A stretch of 56,526 nucleotides of DNA from Candidatus Limnocylindrales bacterium (lineage in GTDB: Bacteria; Chloroflexota; Limnocylindria; Limnocylindrales; CSP1-4): NCBI GenBank assembly GCA_040883225.1, contig JBFLKP010000169.1:1-56526 (forward strand), in the 5' to 3' direction. A model generated the notes under the pieces. The model saw only the letters and a list, made by a program, of their open reading frames with translations. It was not told the origin of the DNA and ran no database searches. Both the position numbers and the translations under genes were made by a program. Every line of letters begins with the position of its first letter. The first letter of the stretch is position 1. This document shows, piece after piece, positions 17,255 through 26,267 of the stretch.

Positions 17255-18505
17255 ATGCGTGCATCGAGAGTCGTGCTCCTTGAGGCCCTCCGCGCCCAGC
17301 TCTGGGTGGTGCCCGCGGTCGCGGCCATGCTGGCAGCGTTGCTGGCGGCGGCGGTCGTGTGGCTCGATGACGCGACCGGATCGCTCGGTCTGCCCCACCC
17401 GGTCGGACCGGAGAGCGCCCGGGCCGTGCTGTCGGCCATCTCGGGCGCGATGATCAGCTTCACCGCGCTCGTGTTCTCCATCACCATGCTCGTGCTTCAG
17501 TCGGCCAGCACCCAGCTCTCGCCGCGGGTCATCCGCACCTTCCTGCGCGATCGACTGAACCAGTCGGTCCTGGGCTTGTTCGTGGGGACCTTCGTCTTCT
17601 CGCTGCTCGTCCTCACCGCCGTGACGGACGAACGCGTGCCGCTCATCGGCGTGCTGGTGGCGGTGGGCTCGGTCCTCGTCGCCGTGCTCGCCTTCGTCGC
17701 CTACATCGATCACATGGCCAACGACATCCGGCCGACCAGCGTCATCGAGTCCATCGCCCGGGAGACCCGCGATGTCATCGAGCGGATCTACCCCGATGTC
17801 AGCCACGAGGATGCCGGCGACGAGGATGTCAGCCCAGAGGATGCCGGCGGCGACCGCTCCCCGCCCGAGGGCGAGACGGACCATCTGGAGGTGACGTGGT
17901 CGGGGGCGTCGGGATACATCCAGGCGCTCGACCGGGAGGCCTTGCTCGGGATCGCGTCGCGGTGGTCAGCGCCGGCCTACCTGCTCAAGGGCACGGGCAG
18001 CTTCGTCGTCCACGGCCAGCCGCTCCTGCGCATCGCTGGCCATGCCGGGACGGACCTGCCTGACGAGCCCGACCTGGGATCGGCCGTCCGCGTCGGATCC
18101 GAACGGAGCATGGCCCAGGATCCCGAGTTCGGGTTCCGCCAGCTGGTGGACGTGGCCCTGCGGGCGCTGTCGCCCAGCCTCAACGACCCTTCGACCGCCA
18201 ACCAGTCCATCGACCGGCTCCACGAGCTGCTCCGCCACCTGTTGCCGCGCGACCTCCCGTCGCCGATCGTCTGGCGCGACGAGGGGAAGCCGTTCGTCAG
18301 CATCCCGGCCCCGGACTGGGATGCCTACGTGTCGCTGAGCGTGCGCGAGATCTCCTTCGCCTGCCGCTCACTGCCCCAGGTGGGTCGCCACCTCCGGCGG
18401 GCCCTCGAGGCCCTGGTCGCGGACGCTTCGCCAGAGCGGCGCGCGGCGCTTCGACGGGCACAGCTCGAGCTGGACGAGCTGCTCACGCAGGAACCGGGAG
18501 GGTAG
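17255..18505 (+). CDS. DUF2254-like integral membrane protein
   Basis: Start at ATG 17255 (M121 of the track ORF). Four N-terminal TM helices followed by a roughly 250-aa soluble domain. Layout and motifs (FTALVFSITMLVLQ, FGFRQLVDVALRALSP) are as I recall for DUF2254. Confidence 0.6.
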   Translation: MRASRVVLLEALRAQLWVVPAVAAMLAALLAAAVVWLDDATGSLGLPHPVGPESARAVLSAISGAMISFTALVFSITMLVLQSASTQLSPRVIRTFLRDRLNQSVLGLFVGTFVFSLLVLTAVTDERVPLIGVLVAVGSVLVAVLAFVAYIDHMANDIRPTSVIESIARETRDVIERIYPDVSHEDAGDEDVSPEDAGGDRSPPEGETDHLEVTWSGASGYIQALDREALLGIASRWSAPAYLLKGTGSFVVHGQPLLRIAGHAGTDLPDEPDLGSAVRVGSERSMAQDPEFGFRQLVDVALRALSPSLNDPSTANQSIDRLHELLRHLLPRDLPSPIVWRDEGKPFVSIPAPDWDAYVSLSVREISFACRSLPQVGRHLRRALEALVADASPERRAALRRAQLELDELLTQEPGG

Positions 18506-18656
18506 CCGGCGTTCGCCTGCAACGGATTCGCAAGCCGCGCGGTGATGCCGTGGGGCGCGGGCGTACCGCCTCATGCTCGACGCTTCGCTTGGTCGGGCAA
18601 GGATGCCTTGCTCGACCTCAGAACCCGACACAGACGTTCCCGGAAGGAGCACGAGC

Positions 18657-19136
18657 ATGGTCATCGAGACCCGCCCACTGACCGATGCGGCCAAGGAGAG
18701 CAGCATCGCGACCGAGCTGTCGCGGCTGCTGGCTGACAGCTACGCGACCTACACCAAGACCCTCCACTACCACTGGAACGTGCGTGGTCCGCACTTCTAC
18801 AGCCTCCACCAGATGTTCGAGGAGCAGTACATCGAGCTCCAGACCGCGATCGACGTCATCGCCGAGCGTGTTCGCCAGCTGGGCGAGGACACGCCGCCCT
18901 TCGGCTCGCCCATGGACTCGCTGTCGGCGGTCCCTGCCGACACCGGTGTGCCCGAGGCCATGGACATGGTCCGCGGACTCATCGAGGCCAACGAGGCCGC
19001 CGGGCGGGCCGCGCGTGCCGTCGTGACCGTGGCCGAGGAGCAGGGCGATGTCGGTACGGCCGATCTCGCGACCGAGCGCATCGAGGCACACCAGAAGACG
19101 CTCTGGATGCTGCGCTCGACGCTCGAGGATGGCTGA
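18657..19136 (+). CDS. dps: Dps-family DNA-protection/ferritin-like protein
   Basis: 159 aa. LHYHWNVRGPHFYSLHQMFEEQY ferroxidase-site signature. GGAAGGAG SD upstream of ATG 18657. Confidence 0.9.
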   Translation: MVIETRPLTDAAKESSIATELSRLLADSYATYTKTLHYHWNVRGPHFYSLHQMFEEQYIELQTAIDVIAERVRQLGEDTPPFGSPMDSLSAVPADTGVPEAMDMVRGLIEANEAAGRAARAVVTVAEEQGDVGTADLATERIEAHQKTLWMLRSTLEDG

Positions 19137-19306
19137 TGCGGATCCACAGACTGCCGCACTCGACGGCCCACGACCGACCGTTCGGCGTGCAGCCCCGCTC
19201 GACCATCGCGACGCTGCCCCAAGAGGGCGAGCCGTCACTGCGGGTGGTCGACCGACTCCGGCGTCTGGCGCGGCGGATGCTTCCGCGCCCGGCCTGAATG
19301 CGGACC

Positions 19307-20080
19307 CTAGCCGATCAACGCGGAGGAGTCGTCCGGCTCCTCCGCTTCGGCTCGTGCCGGCGTGTCGTCGTCCTCCGGCTCGACGTCGAGCAGGTAGCCG
19401 ATGCCCGGCAGCGTCTTGATCCGCCCCGACTCACCCGGTTCAGCGCCGAGCTTGCGGCGAACACGGCTGATCCAGACCCGCAGGTACTGGAGGTCATCGC
19501 GGTACTCCGGGCCCCACACCTTGGTCAGGAGCTCCGAGTGGATGACCACCTTTCCAGCATTGGCAGCGAGGTGCTGGAGCAGCAGCCACTCGGTTCGACT
19601 GAACCGGACCAGCTCACCGCCCCGCGTGACCACCCGCCGCTCAAGGTCGATCTCCACGTCGTCGAAGCGCACGATGGCAGCCGCCTCAGCTCCCGATGTG
19701 GCTCCGTCCGTTCGCCGCAGCACGGCGCGGATGCGTGCGGCCAGCTCGTCGGGGTGGAAGGGCTTGGCCAGGTAGTCATCGGCCCCGAGATCGAGACCCA
19801 CGGCCTTCTCCGAGGTGGAGTCCTTCGCGCTCAGCAGGATGATCGCCACCGGGCGCCGCTCACGGAGCTCGCGCATCACCTCGATGCCGTCCAGGTCGGG
19901 CATCATGATGTCGAGGAGGACGACGTCCGGGCGGTACTCCTCGGCCTTTTCGAGGGCCTCGCGCCCACCTTCCGCGGCGATGACGCGGAATCCTTCGTCG
20001 GCGAGCGCCAGCTCCACGAGCTTGGTGATGCGTGCTTCATCGTCCACGACCAGCACGAGCGGTTCCGTCGACACGGTCAC
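19307..20080 (-). CDS. OmpR/PhoB-family response regulator (KdpE-like), orphan
   Basis: Receiver domain (LVLVVDDE ... DVVLLDIMMPDLDG ... LSAK) plus winged-helix domain (RTEWLLLQHL...LQYLRVWISRVRRKL...IKTLPGIGY). GTG start at 20080 or 20074. No histidine kinase adjacent. Acidic C-terminal tail. Confidence 0.85.
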   Translation of the reverse strand: MTVSTEPLVLVVDDEARITKLVELALADEGFRVIAAEGGREALEKAEEYRPDVVLLDIMMPDLDGIEVMRELRERRPVAIILLSAKDSTSEKAVGLDLGADDYLAKPFHPDELAARIRAVLRRTDGATSGAEAAAIVRFDDVEIDLERRVVTRGGELVRFSRTEWLLLQHLAANAGKVVIHSELLTKVWGPEYRDDLQYLRVWISRVRRKLGAEPGESGRIKTLPGIGYLLDVEPEDDDTPARAEAEEPDDSSALIG

Positions 20081-20240
20081 AAAGTACCACCGTGCCGCCG
20101 AGCACGGTGCCGACAGGCCGAGCATGCAACGTTTCTGTTATGCCTGCTCCCGTCCCGAACCTTGCCGCTGCGAGCGTCGACCGCGTAGCGTCGCCTCGAA
20201 TGGCCGCTACTCGGTCCGAACGAACAAGGAGCGATGGAAC

Positions 20241-20492
20241 ATGGGCAACCGTATCGACGAGATCCAGGGACAGATCAAGCGCAGCCTTGGGAGCCTGACC
20301 GGCAACGAGGACATGGCGCGCGAGGGTGAGGCACAGGCCGAGCAGGCACGTGTCGAGCGCGAGACCGAAGGAGCGATCGACCAGGGCCTGGGCAAGGCAC
20401 AGGAGACCGTGGGCGACGTGACCGGCGACACCGAGATGGAGCTGAAGGGCAAGGCCCGGCAGGCCGAGGGTGAGATCAAGCGGACCGGGTAG
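20241..20492 (+). CDS. CsbD-family general stress protein
   Basis: 83 aa. IQGQIKRSLGSLTGNEDMAREGEAQAEQ ... ELKGKARQAEGEIKR repeats typical of CsbD. AAGGAG SD upstream. Confidence 0.8.
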   Translation: MGNRIDEIQGQIKRSLGSLTGNEDMAREGEAQAEQARVERETEGAIDQGLGKAQETVGDVTGDTEMELKGKARQAEGEIKRTG

Positions 20493-20655
20493 CCGCGCGG
20501 AGGAGGACGGCACCGGGGCGCACGCGACCGCCGGAACCGCTGCGGGCGGATCCGGCGGTCGTGGCACGTGAAGGAGGCCGCGGGCCTCAGGCTCGGTTCG
20601 AGCGCGTTGCCGGCCACGATCGGCCGCCCGGCCCACGGCCCGCTAGGCTCATCCC

Positions 20656-22104
20656 ATGAGCACCGACCGTTTCGCCGACCGACGTGCGGCACTGCTGTCG
20701 CAACTGGGGCAGACCGTGGCCATCGTGGCGGCCGGCCACGAACAGGTCCGCAACCACGACGTCATGCACCCCTTCCGCCAGGACTCCGACTTCTACTTCC
20801 TGACGGGCTTCAGCGAGCCCGATGCGGTGGCGGTGCTCGATGCCGCGTCGAACGAGCCGTTCACGCTCTTCGTGCGCCCGCGTGACCCGGAGCGAGAGGC
20901 CTGGAACGGTCGGCGTGCCGGCGTCGAGGGAGCGCTGGAGCGCTTCGGTGCCGACGCCGCATTCAGGCTCGATGAGCTCGATGGATGGCTCCGCCGGAGG
21001 TTGGCGGGGCGCCGTTCGGTCGGTTACTCGCTCGGCGGTCGGCTCGACGAGGTCGTGCTGCGAGCGATGCGCGAGGTGCGGACCTACGCCGCCAAGTCGG
21101 GGGTCGACGCGCCGGTCGAGCTGGTCGATATCGGCGCGCTCATCGGTGAGCTTCGGGTGGTCAAGTCGGCCGCGGAGATCGAGGCCCTGCGCGAGGCTTG
21201 CCGCATCAGCGCGCTCGCTCACGATGAAGCCATGCGCTTCGCCCGCCCTGGTCGGACCGAGCGACAGGTGCAGGCGGCGCTGGAGTACGTCTTCGGCATG
21301 CTCGATGCCGACCGCGTGGGGTATGGCTCCATCGTGGCCGGCGGCGACAACGCCTGCATCCTGCACTACGTCGAGAACGACCAGCCGCTCACCGATGGCG
21401 AGCTGCTGCTCATCGACGCCGGGGCGGAGTATCGCCACCTGACTGCCGACATCACGCGGACGTTCCCGGTGAACGGCCGATTCAGCGGCTCGCAGCGGGC
21501 GCTCTACGAGCTCGTGCTGCGAGCGCAGCGGGCGGTCATCGCCGAGTGTCGACCGGGCCTGGTATGGACCGCCATGCATCAGCGCGCCGTGGAGGTGCTG
21601 GCCGAGGGCATGGTCGAGCTGGGGTTGCTGCCGGGGACGCCCGACGAGGTCATCGCCAAGGGCTGGTACCGCCAGTTCTTCTTCCACGGCACCGGCCACT
21701 GGCTGGGCATCGACGTCCACGACGCCGGCCGCTCCCGCTTCGGCAGCGAAGGCCGGCCGCTCGAGCCGGGCATGGCCTTCACCGTCGAGCCGGGCATCTA
21801 CGTCGCGCGGGACAAGGCCAGGCTCACGCTCTCGCATGCCCGATACGACCCCGACGAGCGCCTCCGCCTGCCATTCGAGCTGGGCGCGGCCGGCGCCAGG
21901 GCGGAGATCGAGCGGCGGAACACCGAGGCCGGCACCTTCGAGCACGAGGTGCCGGCCGAGTTCCTGGGTCTCGGCGTGCGCATCGAGGACGACCTGCTGG
22001 TCACGGCCGACGGCCACGAGAACCTCTCGGCCGGCTCAGCCGTCGAGCCCGATGCCGTCGAGGCCTTGTGCAGAGAGGCCTCGGCCTTGCCGCTGTTCGA
22101 GTGA
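20656..22104 (+). CDS. Xaa-Pro aminopeptidase (M24B, PepP-like)
   Basis: 482 aa. AMP_N-type N-domain (FRQDSDFYFLTGF) and a pita-bread domain with DAGAEY, HGTGHWLGIDVHD, VEPGIY and GVRIEDDLLVT. Confidence 0.9.
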   Translation: MSTDRFADRRAALLSQLGQTVAIVAAGHEQVRNHDVMHPFRQDSDFYFLTGFSEPDAVAVLDAASNEPFTLFVRPRDPEREAWNGRRAGVEGALERFGADAAFRLDELDGWLRRRLAGRRSVGYSLGGRLDEVVLRAMREVRTYAAKSGVDAPVELVDIGALIGELRVVKSAAEIEALREACRISALAHDEAMRFARPGRTERQVQAALEYVFGMLDADRVGYGSIVAGGDNACILHYVENDQPLTDGELLLIDAGAEYRHLTADITRTFPVNGRFSGSQRALYELVLRAQRAVIAECRPGLVWTAMHQRAVEVLAEGMVELGLLPGTPDEVIAKGWYRQFFFHGTGHWLGIDVHDAGRSRFGSEGRPLEPGMAFTVEPGIYVARDKARLTLSHARYDPDERLRLPFELGAAGARAEIERRNTEAGTFEHEVPAEFLGLGVRIEDDLLVTADGHENLSAGSAVEPDAVEALCREASALPLFE

Positions 22105-22168
22105 GTCGCGACCGAAACGACCCTCTGGCGCCACGTTTCTCCGACGGCGTGCGCACTACTCTTGTCCG

Positions 22169-23794
22169 ATGACGAGTCCCGAGATGACGACCCCGTGGCT
22201 GGGCTACGCGCCCGGCCGCGCCTGGGACGAGGCCATGGACGTCGACGGCAACGTCCGCGGGCCCTACCAAGCGGTCTACTCGGAGATCGAGCAGATGTCG
22301 CGGGACGACCTGCGGCAGCGCGCAGAGGTGCTGGCCAGCACCTACCTCGCCCAGGGCGTGACCTTCGACCACGCCGGCGAGGAGCGGCCCTTTCCGCTCG
22401 ACATCGTGCCCCGCGTGGTCAGCTCGCAGGACTGGGACATCATCGAGCCGGGCGTGGCGCAGCGCGTTCGCGTGCTGGAGGCCTTCCTGGCCGACGTCTA
22501 CGCCGCACAGCGCTGCGTCGCCGACGGCGTCGTGCCCCGTCGCCTCATCACCTCGTCGCAGCATTTCCGCCGCGCCGCCACCGGCATCCATCCGCCGGGT
22601 GGTGTTCGCGTCCACGTCAGCGGCATCGACATCGTGCGTGACCAGACCGGTATCCACCGCGTGCTCGAGGACAACGTGCGCGTGCCCTCGGGCGTCTCCT
22701 ACGTGCTCTCCAACCGCCGAGCGATGTCGCAGATGTTCAGCGAGCTCTTCGCCACGATGGGCATCCGGCCGGTCTTGGAGTACTCGCAGCGGCTGCGCAA
22801 GGCGCTCGCCAACACCGCACCCGAGGGCGTGGACGAGCCCACCATCGTGGTGCTCACCCCGGGTGTCTACAACTCCGCCTACTACGAGCACTCGCTGCTG
22901 GCGCGCACGATGGGCGTGGAGCTCGTCGAGGGCCGCGACCTCGAGGTCGTGGGCGGCCGCGCCTACATGCGCACCACGGCCGGCCGTCAGCGCGTCGATG
23001 TCATCTACCGACGCGTCGACGACGACTTCCTGGACCCGGTCCAGTTTCGCCCCGACTCGCAGCTTGGTGCACCGGGCCTCATCAACGTCGCGCGCCTGGG
23101 CAACGTGACCCTGGCCAACGCCGTGGGCAACGGCGTGGCCGACGACAAGCTCGTCTACACCTACCTGCCCGAGCTCTGCCGCTACTACCTCGCCGAAGAC
23201 CAGATCCTGCCCAACGTCGACACCTGGCGGCTGGAGGAGGAAGCCGCGCGCGAGGAGGTCATGGATCGCCTCGAGGAGCTGGTGGTCAAGCCGGTCGACG
23301 GCTCCGGCGGCAAGGGCGTGCTCATCGGACCCGCCGCCAGCAAGTCGGAGCTGGCGACCGCGCGCAAGCTGCTCGAAGCCGAACCGCGCGGCTGGATCGC
23401 CCAGCCCGTGGTGCAGCTCTCGACGGTGCCGACGCTGTGTGAAGACGGCCTCGAGCCGCGGCACGTGGACCTGCGCCCGTTCGCCATCAACGGCGGCGAT
23501 GACGACATCTGGGTGCTGCCCGGTGGCCTCACGCGCGTGGCCCTGGAGCGGGGCCAGCTGGTGGTCAACTCGAGCCAGGGCGGCGGCTCCAAGGACACGT
23601 GGGTGCTGGGTCCGATCGACTTCCCGCGGCGCTATCGAACGGGCCGGCGCCGTGACGAGGTGCGCGAGGAGCAGGCTGACATCGGCGGCGTCCATGCCGT
23701 GCCGCAGACGAACCACCCTGAGGACCAGGCCCAGGGCCAGCAGCAGGCGCAGCAGCAGCAGGCCCGGCGAGCCGAGGGGGACGGACCATGCTGA
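22169..23794 (+). CDS. circularly permuted type-2 ATP-grasp protein (COG2308 family)
   Basis: Start ATG 22169, in frame within the track ORF. Motifs YLAQGVTF..ERPFPLDIVPR, ANAVGNGVADDK, LVVKPVDGSGGKG and RPFAING. Gln-rich C-terminal tail. 7-nt overlap with the next gene. Confidence 0.85.
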   Translation: MTSPEMTTPWLGYAPGRAWDEAMDVDGNVRGPYQAVYSEIEQMSRDDLRQRAEVLASTYLAQGVTFDHAGEERPFPLDIVPRVVSSQDWDIIEPGVAQRVRVLEAFLADVYAAQRCVADGVVPRRLITSSQHFRRAATGIHPPGGVRVHVSGIDIVRDQTGIHRVLEDNVRVPSGVSYVLSNRRAMSQMFSELFATMGIRPVLEYSQRLRKALANTAPEGVDEPTIVVLTPGVYNSAYYEHSLLARTMGVELVEGRDLEVVGGRAYMRTTAGRQRVDVIYRRVDDDFLDPVQFRPDSQLGAPGLINVARLGNVTLANAVGNGVADDKLVYTYLPELCRYYLAEDQILPNVDTWRLEEEAAREEVMDRLEELVVKPVDGSGGKGVLIGPAASKSELATARKLLEAEPRGWIAQPVVQLSTVPTLCEDGLEPRHVDLRPFAINGGDDDIWVLPGGLTRVALERGQLVVNSSQGGGSKDTWVLGPIDFPRRYRTGRRRDEVREEQADIGGVHAVPQTNHPEDQAQGQQQAQQQQARRAEGDGPC

Positions 23795-24708
23795 GCCGCA
23801 TCGCCGAGTCGCTGTTCTGGATCGGCCGCTACGTCGACCGCGCCGACAACACCGCGCGCTTGCTCGACCTCCACTTCAACGTGCTGCTCGAAGATCCGTG
23901 GGTCGACGAGCCCACGGCCAACGCCTCCTTGCTGCAGGTCATGAACGTCCAGCACGAGGGTGAGGTCACCCGAGAAGTGGTGCTCGAGGTCCTGGCCTAC
24001 GATCCCGCCCGCCCATCGTCGATCGCCGGCACGCTCACAGCCGCTCGCGACAATGCTCGCCGCGCTCGGGAGGTCATCAGCACGGAGGTCTGGGAGTCCC
24101 TCAACACGACGCGCCAGCAGCTCGCCTCCCGCTCCCGGACGCGCCGTCCCTACAACTACTTCGAGTGGGTCCGCGAGCGCGCTGCTGTGGTCTGGGGCCT
24201 CTCGGGAGCGACGACCTCGCGCGACGACACCTGGCAGTTCATGGACCTGGGCCGCTCGCTCGAGCGGGCCGACATGATCGCGCGCCTGCTCATGACGCGG
24301 TCGCTGGCCGGCACCATCGGCGCCAACTGGACCACGCTGTTGCGCTCATGCGCAGCCCACGAAGCCTACCTGCGGCGCGTTCGCTCGCTCGTCTCGGAGG
24401 AACGGGCCGCGGAGTTCCTGCTGATCGACCGCATGTTCCCGCGTTCGATCGCCTACAACCTCTCCCGCGCGGAGCGCATCCTGACCGAGCTCGATCCCGA
24501 TGCCCAGCGGCGCTCCGCGTCGATGCAGGCCCGCTTCGCCCTTGGTCGTGCCCGCAGCGACCTCGAGTACCGCCAGGTGCGTGAGATCCTCGACGACCTG
24601 CCGACGCGCATGCAGGAGGTGCAGGTCGCATGCGCGGAGGCCTCGAACCTCATCAGTGAACGCTTCTTCCAGCCGGCCGTCACGGTCTGGACGCAGGAGG
24701 CCGTGTAG
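23788..24708 (+). CDS. alpha-E domain protein (COG2307 family)
   Basis: 306 aa. Begins MLSRIAESLFWIGRYVDRADNTARLLD, the canonical alpha-E opening. ATGCTGA-type overlap with the upstream ATP-grasp gene. Confidence 0.85.
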   Translation: MLSRIAESLFWIGRYVDRADNTARLLDLHFNVLLEDPWVDEPTANASLLQVMNVQHEGEVTREVVLEVLAYDPARPSSIAGTLTAARDNARRAREVISTEVWESLNTTRQQLASRSRTRRPYNYFEWVRERAAVVWGLSGATTSRDDTWQFMDLGRSLERADMIARLLMTRSLAGTIGANWTTLLRSCAAHEAYLRRVRSLVSEERAAEFLLIDRMFPRSIAYNLSRAERILTELDPDAQRRSASMQARFALGRARSDLEYRQVREILDDLPTRMQEVQVACAEASNLISERFFQPAVTVWTQEAV

Positions 24709-25544
24709 TGAGCATCATCGAGGTCCGCCACCGCACCCGCTTCGGGTACACCAGCGAGATCCCCACCTCCTACAACGAGGCTCGCGTCACCCCCGCGCAC
24801 CTGCCCCGCCAGCGCGTGCTGACCTCGAACGTGGATATCGCTCCGGTCACGTGGCAGGCCAACTACACCGACTACTGGGACACCCGCGTGACCGCCTTCG
24901 AGGTACTCCGACCGCACCGCTCCCTCACCGTCACGGCGACCTCGCGCGTCGAGGTCATGCCCGAGTACCAGCCGTGGCAAGCGCCCGATTGGGGCGAGCT
25001 GCGGAGCCCCGCGCTGACCGACCGGCTGGCCGAGTACCTCGAGCAGTCACCGGCCACGGAACCCGACGTGGAGCTGGCCGAGTTCGCCCGCGAGACGGCC
25101 GGGTCCTATGAGCCCGGCGAGACCGCCCGACAGATCTGTCACCACCTGCACGAGATGGTCAAGTACGTGCCCGGCTCGACGACCGTCCACACGCCCGCGG
25201 CTCAGGCGTGGGTCGAGCGCTCAGGGGTCTGCCAGGACTTCGCGCACCTCGCCATCGGGGCCCTGCGGGAGGTAGGCATCCCCGCCCGCTACGTCTCGGG
25301 CTACCTCCACCCCGACCGCACCTCCGCCATCGGTGAGACAGTGCAGGGCGAGTCCCACGCCTGGGTCGAGTGGTGGGCCGGCGACTGGCTCGGCTACGAC
25401 CCGACCAACGACTCGGTCGTGTCCGACCACCACGTGGTCGTGGCTCGAGCGCGCGAGTACACCGACGTCATGCCGGTCAAGGGTGTCTTCACCGGCGCCG
25501 ACAGCGAGCTCACCGTGACCGTCGACGTCACGCAGGTGGCCTAG
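24708..25544 (+). CDS. transglutaminase-like cysteine protease-fold protein (COG1305 family)
   Basis: 278 aa. N-terminal Bact_transglu_N-like region. Catalytic triad context GVCQDFAHL (Cys175), ESHAWVEWW (His217), GYDPTN (Asp231). GTG start overlaps the alpha-E stop by 1 nt (TAGTG). Confidence 0.9.
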   Translation: MSIIEVRHRTRFGYTSEIPTSYNEARVTPAHLPRQRVLTSNVDIAPVTWQANYTDYWDTRVTAFEVLRPHRSLTVTATSRVEVMPEYQPWQAPDWGELRSPALTDRLAEYLEQSPATEPDVELAEFARETAGSYEPGETARQICHHLHEMVKYVPGSTTVHTPAAQAWVERSGVCQDFAHLAIGALREVGIPARYVSGYLHPDRTSAIGETVQGESHAWVEWWAGDWLGYDPTNDSVVSDHHVVVARAREYTDVMPVKGVFTGADSELTVTVDVTQVA

Positions 25545-25844
25545 AGGTCCACGCGGTCGTGATCCAGCGTCGCGGGGATCGACGCCACGGGTGGGTGGCC
25601 GGCTCGGTGGCGTCAGCTGTCGCCCAGGTCGACCGCAAGCGTGCTTACGGCCGAGACGGTGCCGCTGGCCCATCGCGATGGCACCCCGGTCATGCCCAGC
25701 TGCGCTCGAGGTGAAGCGGGCGGCCCAGGCCAGCGCCACTGAGTCTGGCTACGAGCGCGCCATTGGTCGACGGGGTCGACCAGTGGCCACAAGGGCGATG
25801 ACGATGGGCGTGACCAGGGTGACGAGAAGGCTGCGCACGGCCGC

Positions 25845-26261
25845 TCAGGCTTTCGGGAACGGGCCTCGATGCTCATCGCCGTCGATGAAGTGGCCCTCGC
25901 GGACGATGGCCACGAGGCCGCTCTCGTCCCAGAAAGCGAGGTCCGCCGGCGCCCCCGGTTCGAGCGAGGCCTCCGCTGACAACAGTCCCGACTCGACCAG
26001 CAGACGGGCGACGTCCGCGCCGACGGCGTGGTTCTCCCGGATCAGCGAGTCGGCCTGAGAGGGCGCCTCGGGCAGCGGGGTCACGAGGCAGCCCCCGAGG
26101 TCGAGGAAGTGGGAGTCGCCGCGCGAGATGGCGCGCACGACGTCGTCCGGTCCGACGGCCAGCACGGCACCGGACGCCCACGCCAGGGCCGTCTCCTCCG
26201 AATCGCCTTCGGGGTCCGGCTCCACGTGGCCGTTGAGAGCGATGACGTACTCGTGCGTCAC
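25845..26261 (-). CDS. small amidohydrolase-related protein (composite beta-sandwich only, no TIM barrel)
   Basis: 138 aa. The N-terminal part (ALAWASGAVLAVGPDD...FLDLGGCLVTP) and the C-terminal part (SLEPGAPADLAFWDESGLVAIVREGHFIDG) resemble the two halves of the amidohydrolase small domain. Starts 6 nt after the DUF1684 stop. Confidence 0.45.
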   Translation of the reverse strand: MTHEYVIALNGHVEPDPEGDSEETALAWASGAVLAVGPDDVVRAISRGDSHFLDLGGCLVTPLPEAPSQADSLIRENHAVGADVARLLVESGLLSAEASLEPGAPADLAFWDESGLVAIVREGHFIDGDEHRGPFPKA

Positions 26262-26267
26262 TCCGGG

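Noticed and set aside
19267-19289. The GGCGCGG-N9-CCGCGCC hairpin between the convergent dps and response-regulator genes as an intrinsic terminator. Similar GC hairpins occur at 20574-20588 and 10638-10656.
   Set aside because: The stems are short, there is no flanking T/U tract on either strand, and such GC palindromes are frequent in this composition. This is insufficient to annotate terminators.
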